NCBI GenBank assembly: GCA_022841445.1
Contig: JALHRM010000001.1
Span: 13,002-77,001, forward strand
Direction: 5' to 3'
From: Candidatus Saccharimonadota bacterium
Lineage (GTDB): Bacteria > Patescibacteriota > Saccharimonadia > Saccharimonadales > UBA10212
DNA length: 64,000 nucleotides
Made by a program: the position numbers and the translations under genes. Each line of letters opens with the position of its first letter. Position 1 is the stretch's first letter. Positions 25,933-34,928 of this stretch are shown here, in pieces. The notes beneath the pieces were generated by a model. That model made no database searches and was not told the origin of the DNA. It saw nothing but the letters and a program-made list of their open reading frames with translations.

Positions 25933-27453
25933 TTAAAGCACAAGGCGTTCAATTGGCGCGTAATCATCAGTTAATTTGTTGCTCGTTGCCGTGATTTGGA
26001 TGTGCTCATCAAGAACGCCAGCAAATTGTGGCTGATTAGATGCGATGTTCTTAAGCTCTGATGATAGATCTGTATTACTCGCCACTAACAATAAATTCTG
26101 CGTAGCGTTTGATGGCAGCCACGGAGAAACCTTGTAGACATTTACATACCTAAACTCGGTCTTAAAGGTTGAATATGCTGCTTCAATAAGGCTGGAGCTT
26201 CCGGACATCGGCGGTCTAGCAATAAAATTAGCGACAACAACTCCGTTATTTAAGAGGTTTCCACGCATACGCTGAACCGCCTGCTCGGTTAGCAGCTGAA
26301 ACGGCGGGACAATCGAGTTGAATGCGTCGAGGAATATCATGTCGTACGGCTTATTTGTTTGGTTCAAATATTGTCGTCCGTCTTTGTTAATAACTGACAG
26401 ATTAGCCGGCTGGTCAAAATCAAAACTTTGGCGGCTAATTGCTGTTAACTTGCTGTCGATTTCGACCGTATCAATCTGGGCTGTAGGTTGTTTCTTGGCA
26501 ATATATTCAGGAAACGTAAACGCTCCGCCACCTATTATTAGGACGTTTTTAGCGTTTGGTTTTAGTTCCGAAGTACTAGCAAATGCCTGCGTATAGTCGA
26601 AAACGAGTTCCTTGCTTCCGCTGCTGTAGACGCCTGATTGCAGACTTTGACCATCGGTCTGCAGTACTTTTACTTGGTGCCCCAAGTAGTCAATGTCTCT
26701 TACTATTACCCTGCTGTAGCGAGTGTCGGATTCGCTAATGTAGCCACTGAGTAGTGGCCGCGACGACACAAAAAATGACATCATAACCACCAGCGCCACG
26801 ACCACGCCGCCAACATAATATTTTTTGGCACCAAGCAAAAAACTAACGGCAACTAATGCCAAAGCCAAAATAGTCAGTAATTGCCGGCTGCCTACCAGCC
26901 CGAATAAGAAGTAGCCAGTCATAAATGTTCCAGCCAGTGAACCAACTGTCCCGGCAGCGTCTATCCTTGATAACTTGCGGCCGCTAGTGTTTAGATCAGT
27001 GATATTAAGCCGCGCTAAATAGGGCATCACCATACCCAAAAGCACCGTTGGCAAAGCAAACAATAGTAGACTTGCAAAAAACGCCTGAAGTTGCAAGGGG
27101 AAAGGCAATTCAGAAATAACCCGTACCGCCCAATCTTTAATAAGTGCAAGAGAAGCGATTACTAGCGCTGCTGCCAAAAGAAAAACTACCAGGTCACTAA
27201 GCTTTTTGCGTTTGTCGGCAAGCACTCCGCCAATAATGTACCCTACCGCCAAAGCCGCCAGTATGACGCCAATAATGCTTGTCCAAACATATATTGTTGA
27301 ACCCAAGTAAGGTGCGACTACACGAGCAGCGGTTAGCTCAAACGCCAGGATTACGAATCCTGTTACAAACGCGACTATCTCAAGCCGCCACTCTACCAAT
27401 ACGTTGTGTATCTTGTCACTCAAAGCAACCTTATCATAGCAAATATTGACCAC
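25933..27453 (-). CDS. Membrane-fused spermidine-synthase-like aminopropyl/methyltransferase
   Basis: About 7 N-terminal TM helices, then a class-I MTase/SpeE-like domain (VLIIGGGAFTFPEY, DMIFLDAFNS). Confidence 0.6.
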   Translation of the reverse strand: MVNICYDKVALSDKIHNVLVEWRLEIVAFVTGFVILAFELTAARVVAPYLGSTIYVWTSIIGVILAALAVGYIIGGVLADKRKKLSDLVVFLLAAALVIASLALIKDWAVRVISELPFPLQLQAFFASLLLFALPTVLLGMVMPYLARLNITDLNTSGRKLSRIDAAGTVGSLAGTFMTGYFLFGLVGSRQLLTILALALVAVSFLLGAKKYYVGGVVVALVVMMSFFVSSRPLLSGYISESDTRYSRVIVRDIDYLGHQVKVLQTDGQSLQSGVYSSGSKELVFDYTQAFASTSELKPNAKNVLIIGGGAFTFPEYIAKKQPTAQIDTVEIDSKLTAISRQSFDFDQPANLSVINKDGRQYLNQTNKPYDMIFLDAFNSIVPPFQLLTEQAVQRMRGNLLNNGVVVANFIARPPMSGSSSLIEAAYSTFKTEFRYVNVYKVSPWLPSNATQNLLLVASNTDLSSELKNIASNQPQFAGVLDEHIQITATSNKLTDDYAPIERLVL

Positions 27454-27481
27454 AGGCTTTTGTTTAGATTAGTAACGCCTT

Positions 27482-28012
27482 ATGATAAATACCATGAACG
27501 AAAACAAATTTTTGGTAGATATTCTTGATGAAAAAGGAACTATTGTCTCCAATAAACCGAGAAATAGGATTGTAAAAGGCACCGACATTTACCACGCCAC
27601 TTTTGGCGTGGTAGTCACGCCAGATTCTGACATTGCGGTAAGCGTTATTGCTGATCGTCAGGATTTACCAAATATTCATCATGGCAAACTGGGCTGCACT
27701 GCGGCTACAATCCGCCGAACCAATGAAACAGCACTGCAAGCCATGCAGCGAGCAGCGAAAGATGAGTTGGGAATTGAAGTCACCCCTAAGCTACTGCATG
27801 AAGATTTTATAGCTGTTGATGGTACATATCGGAAAATCAGTATTTACATTATCAGATCAGGCACCCCAACATCATTTAGTACGGCCGACATAGATGAGAT
27901 CAAAACGTACAGCCTTTCTGATTTTCGAGACCTAATCGCAAATCAACCCGAAAGAATCACACCTTTGCTGAAGCTTTTCTGGGAAAAGTACAGCAATCAC
28001 AGATACGCATAA
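27482..28012 (+). CDS. Nudix-fold-like protein (degenerate Nudix box)
   Basis: HATFGVVV..GKLGCTAATIRRTNETALQAMQRAAKDELGI resembles a Nudix/IDI-like core, but the signature is imperfect. Confidence 0.3.
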   Translation: MINTMNENKFLVDILDEKGTIVSNKPRNRIVKGTDIYHATFGVVVTPDSDIAVSVIADRQDLPNIHHGKLGCTAATIRRTNETALQAMQRAAKDELGIEVTPKLLHEDFIAVDGTYRKISIYIIRSGTPTSFSTADIDEIKTYSLSDFRDLIANQPERITPLLKLFWEKYSNHRYA

Positions 28013-28045
28013 TGAAACACGTCATGACACTCTGCTGGAGCTAAA

Positions 28046-28795
28046 TTATGTTGCGTATTTTCTAATTAACTTTACTAATCCATCTTCTTCCACGCTGCCG
28101 CATATTTCATCGGCTTGTGATTTTAGCAATTCAGTCCCGTTCCCCATTGCAACTTTGTGTCCAACTGCTTTGAAAAGATGTACATCATTATTTGCATCCC
28201 CCACACCAATTGTGTTTTTCTTCTCGATGCCTAGAATCTCTAAGAGTTTCGCAATAGCATGTTCCTTTGTCGCATTTACATCAGTAACATGTATATCTAT
28301 GCCCTCGTGGCTCCAGGAAGTAACACCTGCAGCAGTAATATTCTCTACCTCTCCAAGTTTTTCAAGAATTAATTCAGCATCGGCTTCTGCGCAGCCCATT
28401 ATATATAGGACATTAGTGTGTTCATCTGCAACACGCTCATTAGCTCGTGTACCTTCACCCATCAGTTCATTGCGCATTAAAATTTCATAATGATACGGCT
28501 TGCAAATAGCTAAAATCTCTTCGACGCTTTGTTGGTCTAGTGCGGCTTCCCAGAGTATCTCTTCAGTTTTCGGGTCAACAATTTGTGTACCCGCCGATAC
28601 AACACAAGGCGATTCTAAATCTAACACATCAAGAATCGGCTTCGCATTTGTTATGGGTCTGCCAGTTGCTACACAGAGCTTAATTCTAGACTTGGAAGCC
28701 TGAATCGTGCTAACAAGCTCGTCAGAAGGTAAACCGTTTCGTGCATTAGGTATCGCCGTGCCATCTAGGTCAAAGATTATTGCTTTGTGATGCAT
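28046..28795 (-). CDS. HAD-IIB (Cof-type) phosphatase
   Basis: IIFDLDGTAI motif I, a cap insertion, and GVGDANNDVHLF motif IV. Confidence 0.75.
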   Translation of the reverse strand: MHHKAIIFDLDGTAIPNARNGLPSDELVSTIQASKSRIKLCVATGRPITNAKPILDVLDLESPCVVSAGTQIVDPKTEEILWEAALDQQSVEEILAICKPYHYEILMRNELMGEGTRANERVADEHTNVLYIMGCAEADAELILEKLGEVENITAAGVTSWSHEGIDIHVTDVNATKEHAIAKLLEILGIEKKNTIGVGDANNDVHLFKAVGHKVAMGNGTELLKSQADEICGSVEEDGLVKLIRKYAT

Positions 28796-28853
28796 GAAAG
28801 CATCATATCAAACAAAAAACTCCACTGTTAAAAAAGTCAAGGCATAAACGATT

Positions 28854-28930
28854 TGGTACGCCCGGACGGATTCGAACCGCCGACCCTCTGTTCCGAAGAC
28901 AGATGCTCTAATCCGCTGAGCTACGGGCGC
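28854..28930 (-). tRNA. tRNA-Arg (anticodon TCG), CCA encoded
   Basis: The reverse complement folds as a 77-nt cloverleaf. Anticodon arm TCTGT-CTTCGGA-ACAGA, T arm GGCGG-TTCGAAT-CCGTC, and a G1:U72 pair. Confidence 0.85.
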
Positions 28931-28968
28931 ATAAATTTACCACTGTTGATTATACCAGGTTTTATCTG

Positions 28969-29523
28969 TTAATCAGATTTTGGTACATCTGGTGATGACA
29001 ATTGTTTCGGAGGTTGATGATTGTGCTCAGACTGCTCAAGCGTCTTTTTGAGTACTTCCAACACACTTTTGGCATGTTCACGGCTCATGCCAATACGCGC
29101 AATAGCCAGTGGCTGCATCTGAGGACCGGCACCCTGCAAAAAATTCATTACCACACCAAAGTTATTAACCATAACATGCACCATATCGGTATACACAATC
29201 CGGGCATCGCCGGGCATCACCATTACACCATGCTGAGCTTGTCCATCATCGTTGTTAATCATTTGCGTACCTGGAATTTTATCCATCTGGTAGCCAGCTA
29301 GTTCCCATAGTTTACTGGCCTCATCGTCTTTAGCGCCAAAATGACTAATAAGAAGTAGTAGTATATCTTCTGTAGGCCGTTCATGACCCAATTCGTATTT
29401 GGCAAGAATTTGCGCATCAATCTCAACAGCACCCGATACTTCGGCTAGGCTTTCCTGAAGTCTTTCGCGTAAACCCCTTAATTGCTTGCCAAGAGGGTGG
29501 AAAGGTTTTGATTCATTACTCAT
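28969..29523 (-). CDS. XRE-family HTH protein with uncharacterised C-terminal domain
   Basis: GKQLRGLRERLQESLAEVSGAVEIDAQILAKYELGHERP matches the HTH_3 pattern. Confidence 0.6.
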   Translation of the reverse strand: MSNESKPFHPLGKQLRGLRERLQESLAEVSGAVEIDAQILAKYELGHERPTEDILLLLISHFGAKDDEASKLWELAGYQMDKIPGTQMINNDDGQAQHGVMVMPGDARIVYTDMVHVMVNNFGVVMNFLQGAGPQMQPLAIARIGMSREHAKSVLEVLKKTLEQSEHNHQPPKQLSSPDVPKSD

Positions 29524-29601
29524 CTACCTAATATTGTACTACATATACTAGATGACCTTGCAACAACGACAACAACCAAACTGTGTGATAATAGCAAGGT
29601 A

Positions 29602-30633
29602 ATGCATTTACAAGAAAATCAGACCCTAAAGAACCTGAGCACTATGCGGCTTGGTGGTATCACGCGTTACTATACTGAACTACATTCACATGAAGACGTG
29701 GTGGCTGCCAATGCTTGGGCAAAAGAAAACAATGTTGAGCTCCGGGTTATAGGTGGCGGTTCGAATATTTTTTTTGACGACAGTGGTTTTTCGGGACTCA
29801 TAGCAGTGTGTAAACTTAAGGGTATTGAAATTGTTGACGACACCGATAGATCCACTACCATAACAGCAGCAGCTGGCGAAAATTGGGATGACTTGGTTGG
29901 TTTTTGTGTTGCCAGAAATCTTTCCGGTATAGAAACACTGAGCTTGATACCGGGGAGTGTTGGCGCAGCTCCTGTCCAAAATATTGGTGCTTACGGACAA
30001 CAACTTGCGGATAGTTTTGTTGAGCTAGAGGCTTACGATGTTACGAACAGCCAAATGGTAAAACTTGCAAAAGATGACTGTAACTTTGGTTACCGGAGTA
30101 GCCAGTTCAAAGGCATCAATGTGCAACGGTATATCATAACCTCTGTGACGCTTATACTTTCTAAAACACCAACTCTAAAACCACCGTTTTACAAAGATAT
30201 CGAACAGTTTTTTACTGGAAAGCACATGCCAGTTGATACGTCTCCAAAGCATATACGCGAAGCAGTCCTCTATATCCGACGCAACAAATTGCCCGACCCG
30301 GCCGTTGTCGCCAATAACGGCTCTTTTTTCAAATTACCTATTGTCACCGCCGAGCACTTGGCTGAAATTCGTAAAAAATGGCCGGATCTTCCAGCCGACA
30401 CGGTTGACGACGGCAAACTCAAAGTCCGCACTGGCTGGATACTGGAAAAATTAGGTTACAAGGGCTACCGACACCCCAATGGCATGGGAACGTTTGATAA
30501 TCAGGCTATGGTAGTAGTGAATTACTCCGCCGAATCATCGAAAGACTTGCTAGACTTTGTCGATCAAATCAAAAGCGATGTCCATAAAGAAACCGGGATC
30601 ACACTCGAAAACGAACCAGAACTCATCAAATAA
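29602..30633 (+). CDS. murB: UDP-N-acetylenolpyruvoylglucosamine reductase MurB
   Basis: LSTMRLGGITRYY..VIGGGSNIFFDD FAD-binding N-terminus and a MurB C-terminal domain. Length is 343 aa. Confidence 0.85.
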   Translation: MHLQENQTLKNLSTMRLGGITRYYTELHSHEDVVAANAWAKENNVELRVIGGGSNIFFDDSGFSGLIAVCKLKGIEIVDDTDRSTTITAAAGENWDDLVGFCVARNLSGIETLSLIPGSVGAAPVQNIGAYGQQLADSFVELEAYDVTNSQMVKLAKDDCNFGYRSSQFKGINVQRYIITSVTLILSKTPTLKPPFYKDIEQFFTGKHMPVDTSPKHIREAVLYIRRNKLPDPAVVANNGSFFKLPIVTAEHLAEIRKKWPDLPADTVDDGKLKVRTGWILEKLGYKGYRHPNGMGTFDNQAMVVVNYSAESSKDLLDFVDQIKSDVHKETGITLENEPELIK

Positions 30634-30651
30634 CTACTGAACTGTCACCAT

Positions 30652-31926
30652 TCACTTGTCGCTTGGGAGTGGGTACTTAGAAGCAAACTCACTTACTATT
30701 GCTTTTAATTTCTTGAGCTGATCAGGCTTGTTTCGACCGACGATAGCTGCATTCATCCACTCCGCGACTAGCGCCATATCGTCCTCATTAAGTCCACGAC
30801 TGGTAATTGCCGGCGTGCCAAGCCGTAAGCCGCTTGGGCGGAACGGTGGTAATGGATCATTTGGTATCGAATTGCAATTTGCTGTTAAGCCTATTTCATC
30901 CAAGATGTCCTGAGCTTCACGACCAGTAACCTCAAAACTTTTCATCATATCGATCTGTATGAGGTGGTTGTCAGTGCCGTTGGTTACAAGTTTGAATCCA
31001 CGGTTCATAAGCTCATCAGCCAGACGTTTGGCATTTTTTAGTACCTGTTTGGCATATGTTTGAAATTCCGGTTGCTGGGCTTCGCCAAATGCCACTGCTT
31101 TTGCTAGTACATTATTCATGTGTGGGCCACCCTGGAAGCCAGGAAATACTTCGCGGTCAATCAGTGTTGGCAGGTTTTCCACTGTTTTGTCTGGTGCTTT
31201 CAGCGGATTACCTACAGTACCGCGAGTCAAAATCATGCCACCGCGCGGACCACGGAGCGTCTTGTGTGTGGTCGTTGTAATGATGTGGAATCCAAAATCG
31301 AAAGGATTTGGCAAGGCTTTACCGGCAATAAGACCAGCTATATGCGCCATATCTGCCATCAAGACAGCGCCGACTTCGTTGCCAATGGAAGCAAACTTTT
31401 CATAGTCTAGTGCCCGTGGATACCCTGAGAATCCTGCAAGCAAAATCTTCGGCTTTTCCTTCTTGGCAACTTCACGCATGGCGTCATAGTCAATTTCGCC
31501 TGTTTCAATGTCTTTTATACCGTAGCGAACAAATTTATACAGTTTGGCGCTGCTGGTAACCGGGTGGCCGTGAGTAAGGTGCCCACCCTGATCTAGCTGC
31601 ATAGCCATGACGCAGTCACCAGGCTCGAGCCAGGCTTGATAAACGGCAATGTTGGCCGGTGCGCCGCTGTGTGGCTGTACATTAGCGTGGTCAGCGCCAA
31701 AAAGCTGCTTCGCCCGATCGATAGCCAATTGTTCTACCTTGTCGGTATTTTCCTGGCCACCATAGTAACGCTTTCCAGGGTAGCCTTCAGAGTATTTGTT
31801 GGTATAAATACTGCCAAGTGCGTCAAGTACGTCGCGGCTGACGTAGTTTTCAGAAGGAATGAGTTCCAGTCCCTGCCGTTGTCGTTTTTCCTCAGCTTCA
31901 AGAAGTTCTTTCAGGGTTTTATTCAT
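30652..31926 (-). CDS. glyA: Serine hydroxymethyltransferase
   Basis: ELIPSENYVS, the PLP-lysine region TTTTHKTLRGPRGG, and a length of 424 aa. Confidence 0.95.
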   Translation of the reverse strand: MNKTLKELLEAEEKRQRQGLELIPSENYVSRDVLDALGSIYTNKYSEGYPGKRYYGGQENTDKVEQLAIDRAKQLFGADHANVQPHSGAPANIAVYQAWLEPGDCVMAMQLDQGGHLTHGHPVTSSAKLYKFVRYGIKDIETGEIDYDAMREVAKKEKPKILLAGFSGYPRALDYEKFASIGNEVGAVLMADMAHIAGLIAGKALPNPFDFGFHIITTTTHKTLRGPRGGMILTRGTVGNPLKAPDKTVENLPTLIDREVFPGFQGGPHMNNVLAKAVAFGEAQQPEFQTYAKQVLKNAKRLADELMNRGFKLVTNGTDNHLIQIDMMKSFEVTGREAQDILDEIGLTANCNSIPNDPLPPFRPSGLRLGTPAITSRGLNEDDMALVAEWMNAAIVGRNKPDQLKKLKAIVSEFASKYPLPSDK

Positions 31927-32060
31927 TCGGCGCTACTCCGTTAATTTGGCTCGTTACCTAACACATTGTAAAGGAGCACTGGATTTGAGTCTAAGGTTTT
32001 TGCTACAATACTTCTCGAGCTTATTAAAAACAAAAACATTTTCAACTTTTACATCATTTT

Positions 32061-32069
32061 TGGTATAGT
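32061..32069 (+). promoter_or_regulatory. Extended -10 promoter candidate (TGgTATAGT) giving a near-leaderless mRNA
   Basis: TGGTATAGT ends 9 nt before ATG 32079. No SD is visible. Confidence 0.35.
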
Positions 32070-32078
32070 TAGTGGCGA

Positions 32079-33602
32079 ATGAATGCAACAAATGCAAAGA
32101 TTGGCCGCCTTATACACCAAATAAGGCAAGAACGTGGTCTTACACAAGCAGAATTTGCTCGAAAACTTGGCACTAGTCAGTCTGCCGTCAATCGTATTGA
32201 GCACGGTAATCAGAACCTAAGTCTTGAGACGCTTGGCCGCATTAGCGATACTCTCAACAAACAACTTATCAGCCTTAATTCTGGTGCAGTAAATCTGCGT
32301 GTCGAAGGCGGCCGCGAACTAAAAGGTACTATTGAAGTTAAAACTTCCAAAAATGCTGCCGTTGCCTTGCTCTGTGCCAGCCTACTCAACAAAGGCACAA
32401 CCAGGCTTAAGAAAGTCGCCCGCATTGAAGAGGTCAACCGAATCATCGAAGTTCTGCAAAGTATCGGTGTACATATTCGCTGGGTGAACGAAACAGACCT
32501 GGAAATAAAACCTCCAGCTCAACTAAATCCTGAGAGCATTAATAAAGAATCTGCTAAGAAAACTCGAATAGTCATCTTGCTTGCCGGTGCACTGATGCAT
32601 GAACACGATACGTTCAAAATTCCTTATGCTGGTGGTTGCGAACTTGGCAAGCGGACAGTTCTACCCCATTTGTATGCACTTGAAGAATTTGGCACATCTG
32701 TTACGGCGAAGAGCGGACATTACCACATCGCCGTCAATCGTCACTTGCCTAAACGCCCGATTGTTTTATACGAATCAGGTGATACAACCACAGAAAACGC
32801 CATCATTGCCGCTGCACGTACGCCTGGCGAGACAATCATTAAGATGGCTAGCGCCAACTACCAAGTACAAGATCTTTGCTTTTTCCTCAAACGACTTGGG
32901 ATCAAAATCGAAGGTATAGGCACAACTACGCTTCGCATTCAAGGTGTACGGACTATCAAAAAGAACATTAGTTACTCACCAAGCGAAGACCCGGTCGAAG
33001 CCATGACGTTTATATCAGCTGCCATTACCACTAATTCAGAAATTACCATCAAACGAATACCAATTGAATTTTTGGAACTTGAACTACTGAAGCTCGAAAA
33101 AATGGGCGTCAATTACACAATGTCAAAGCCATACAAAGCCGACAATGGCAACACTGATCTGGTCAATATTACAGTGCATAAACACAATGGTTCACTAAAA
33201 GCACCCGAGGAAAAGATTTATGGTCGTCCGTACCCTGGCTTTAACATCGACCACGTTCCGTATTTTGTGCCGATTGTCGCCGTCGCTCATGGTCGCAGCC
33301 TGATACATGACTGGGTATTCGAAGACCGCGCCCTTATGTTCACTGAGATGAAAAAAATCGGCGTCAAGCTAGAATTAGCCGATCCACACCGCGTATTCAT
33401 CGAAGGTCCGACTACTTGGCGATCCGCCGATGTCGTTTGCCCGAACGGCCTCCGACCGGCAGTCATGCTGCTTATCGGCATGTTGGCAGCACCCGGCACA
33501 TCAGTGTTGCGCAATGTTTACACCATAAATAGGGGTTATGAAGACCTCGCTGCCCGTTTTAATAGTCTAGGTGCCAGTATTACTGTCCTAAACGACGTTT
33601 AG
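32079..33602 (+). CDS. murA: XRE HTH domain fused to UDP-N-acetylglucosamine 1-carboxyvinyltransferase MurA
   Basis: Aa 1-65 are IGRLIHQIRQERGLTQAEFARKLGTSQSAVNRIEHGNQN (HTH_3). MurA follows from LRVEGGRELKGTIEVKTSKNAAVALL, with the active-site loop PYAGGCELGKR (Cys retained). It is one uninterrupted ORF with no internal Met at the junction. Confidence 0.8.
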   Translation: MNATNAKIGRLIHQIRQERGLTQAEFARKLGTSQSAVNRIEHGNQNLSLETLGRISDTLNKQLISLNSGAVNLRVEGGRELKGTIEVKTSKNAAVALLCASLLNKGTTRLKKVARIEEVNRIIEVLQSIGVHIRWVNETDLEIKPPAQLNPESINKESAKKTRIVILLAGALMHEHDTFKIPYAGGCELGKRTVLPHLYALEEFGTSVTAKSGHYHIAVNRHLPKRPIVLYESGDTTTENAIIAAARTPGETIIKMASANYQVQDLCFFLKRLGIKIEGIGTTTLRIQGVRTIKKNISYSPSEDPVEAMTFISAAITTNSEITIKRIPIEFLELELLKLEKMGVNYTMSKPYKADNGNTDLVNITVHKHNGSLKAPEEKIYGRPYPGFNIDHVPYFVPIVAVAHGRSLIHDWVFEDRALMFTEMKKIGVKLELADPHRVFIEGPTTWRSADVVCPNGLRPAVMLLIGMLAAPGTSVLRNVYTINRGYEDLAARFNSLGASITVLNDV

Positions 33603-33651
33603 TCACATAGTAGCCAAATAATCCAAGTGTGGTTTTAATTACATACTGCTC

Positions 33652-33680
33652 TTGCTTATGATGTAAAAATAGTGTATAAT
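33652..33680 (+). promoter_or_regulatory. Promoter candidate (TTGCTT-N17-TATAAT)
   Basis: A perfect TATAAT at 33675-33680 and TTGCTT at 33652-33657, about 30 nt upstream of the GT2 start. Confidence 0.45.
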
Positions 33681-33711
33681 TACACCGAATTAACTGTTCG
33701 GAGTGGTGATT

Positions 33712-34905
33712 ATGATGTCAGTAACCAGGTACGGTCAGCTGAGTGCAGTGACGTATCGCAAAGATTGGACTAAAAAACAGCGTATTGATGTAGCACGCCG
33801 TCTTCGCTCACCCCGAAAAAAGAAGTTAGCACTTCTACTCCCTGCACACAATGAAGAACTTATTATCGAGACGACGCTCCGTTCGGCCATCAACGCTGGT
33901 CAGGCGAAGGAAGACATCTTTGTTGTTGATGATGGCAGTAGCGACCTTACCCGTTCTGAAGCCATAAAGATGCTTGGTAAACGTCAAGTACTAAGTGTCG
34001 AGCACAGCGGCAAAGCTGGTGCAGTTCATAAGGCCATTAAGCACTTTAATATAGAGGATCGCTATAGCTGGATACACATCGCTGATTCTGATAGTGTATT
34101 CGGCCCTGACTATTTCAAAATCTATCGCAAGGGACTTGTTGGCAACCAATACGTCGCAGCAGTCGGCTTTGTGCAAAGCCTGCGAGGCAATTGGATTTGC
34201 CGATACCGGGCGTTTAGCTATACCTTTGGTCAGCATGTTATACGCCGAGTGCAATCATGGTTGGGGATGATCTCAGTTATGCCCGGTCCAATTACCAGCT
34301 ACCGCACTGACATCATCAAACACCTGGACTTCTTTACTGGCAGTCTAACCGAAGACTTTGACATAACACTACAAATACACCGCCAGAAGCTTGGCAAAAT
34401 CAAGTACATCCCGGATGCCGTAAACTTCACCCAAGACCCTCAAACGATCGGTGACTTCTGGAAACAGACGCTTCGTTGGTACCGAGGCTTCTTCCAAGGT
34501 GTTGCTAAGTATAAAATTGGCAGCAAAACCCAAAGAATTGATGTCAGTATCATGTACCAGCTGATGGAGACCCTGCTTTACATCCTCCAAGTCTGGATTT
34601 TGTTGCCTATTCTTCTTGTTGCCACCAACAACTGGAAGTTTGTCTGGGCTGTCTTTGTTGGTGACATGATCGTGCTTGGTATAATCGGTGTCTACTCAGC
34701 AGCGATGGCACTGCGACCATCGATACTTATTTCTTTACCGCTGTTTTATATCCTTCGCAATATTGAACTCATCGCCTATGTAAAAACGTTCTTTGAAGTT
34801 ATTGTCTTTAAGCGGTTTCCGGACAAAGGCCAAGTTGGTTGGGCGACTACCGGTCGTCGCTACGCATTGAGCGAAAAGGCGCTTCAAGATACCACTGCCG
34901 CTTAA
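33712..34905 (+). CDS. Processive family-2 glycosyltransferase (PgaC/IcaA/NodC-like beta-glycan synthase)
   Basis: LLLPAHNEE, VVDDGSSD, IADSDS, LTEDFDIT and QTLRWYRG motifs, plus C-terminal TM helices. GGAG lies 10 nt upstream of ATG 33712. Confidence 0.75.
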   Translation: MMSVTRYGQLSAVTYRKDWTKKQRIDVARRLRSPRKKKLALLLPAHNEELIIETTLRSAINAGQAKEDIFVVDDGSSDLTRSEAIKMLGKRQVLSVEHSGKAGAVHKAIKHFNIEDRYSWIHIADSDSVFGPDYFKIYRKGLVGNQYVAAVGFVQSLRGNWICRYRAFSYTFGQHVIRRVQSWLGMISVMPGPITSYRTDIIKHLDFFTGSLTEDFDITLQIHRQKLGKIKYIPDAVNFTQDPQTIGDFWKQTLRWYRGFFQGVAKYKIGSKTQRIDVSIMYQLMETLLYILQVWILLPILLVATNNWKFVWAVFVGDMIVLGIIGVYSAAMALRPSILISLPLFYILRNIELIAYVKTFFEVIVFKRFPDKGQVGWATTGRRYALSEKALQDTTAA

Positions 34906-34928
34906 ACAAGCAAAAGGGTAAGTTAGTC

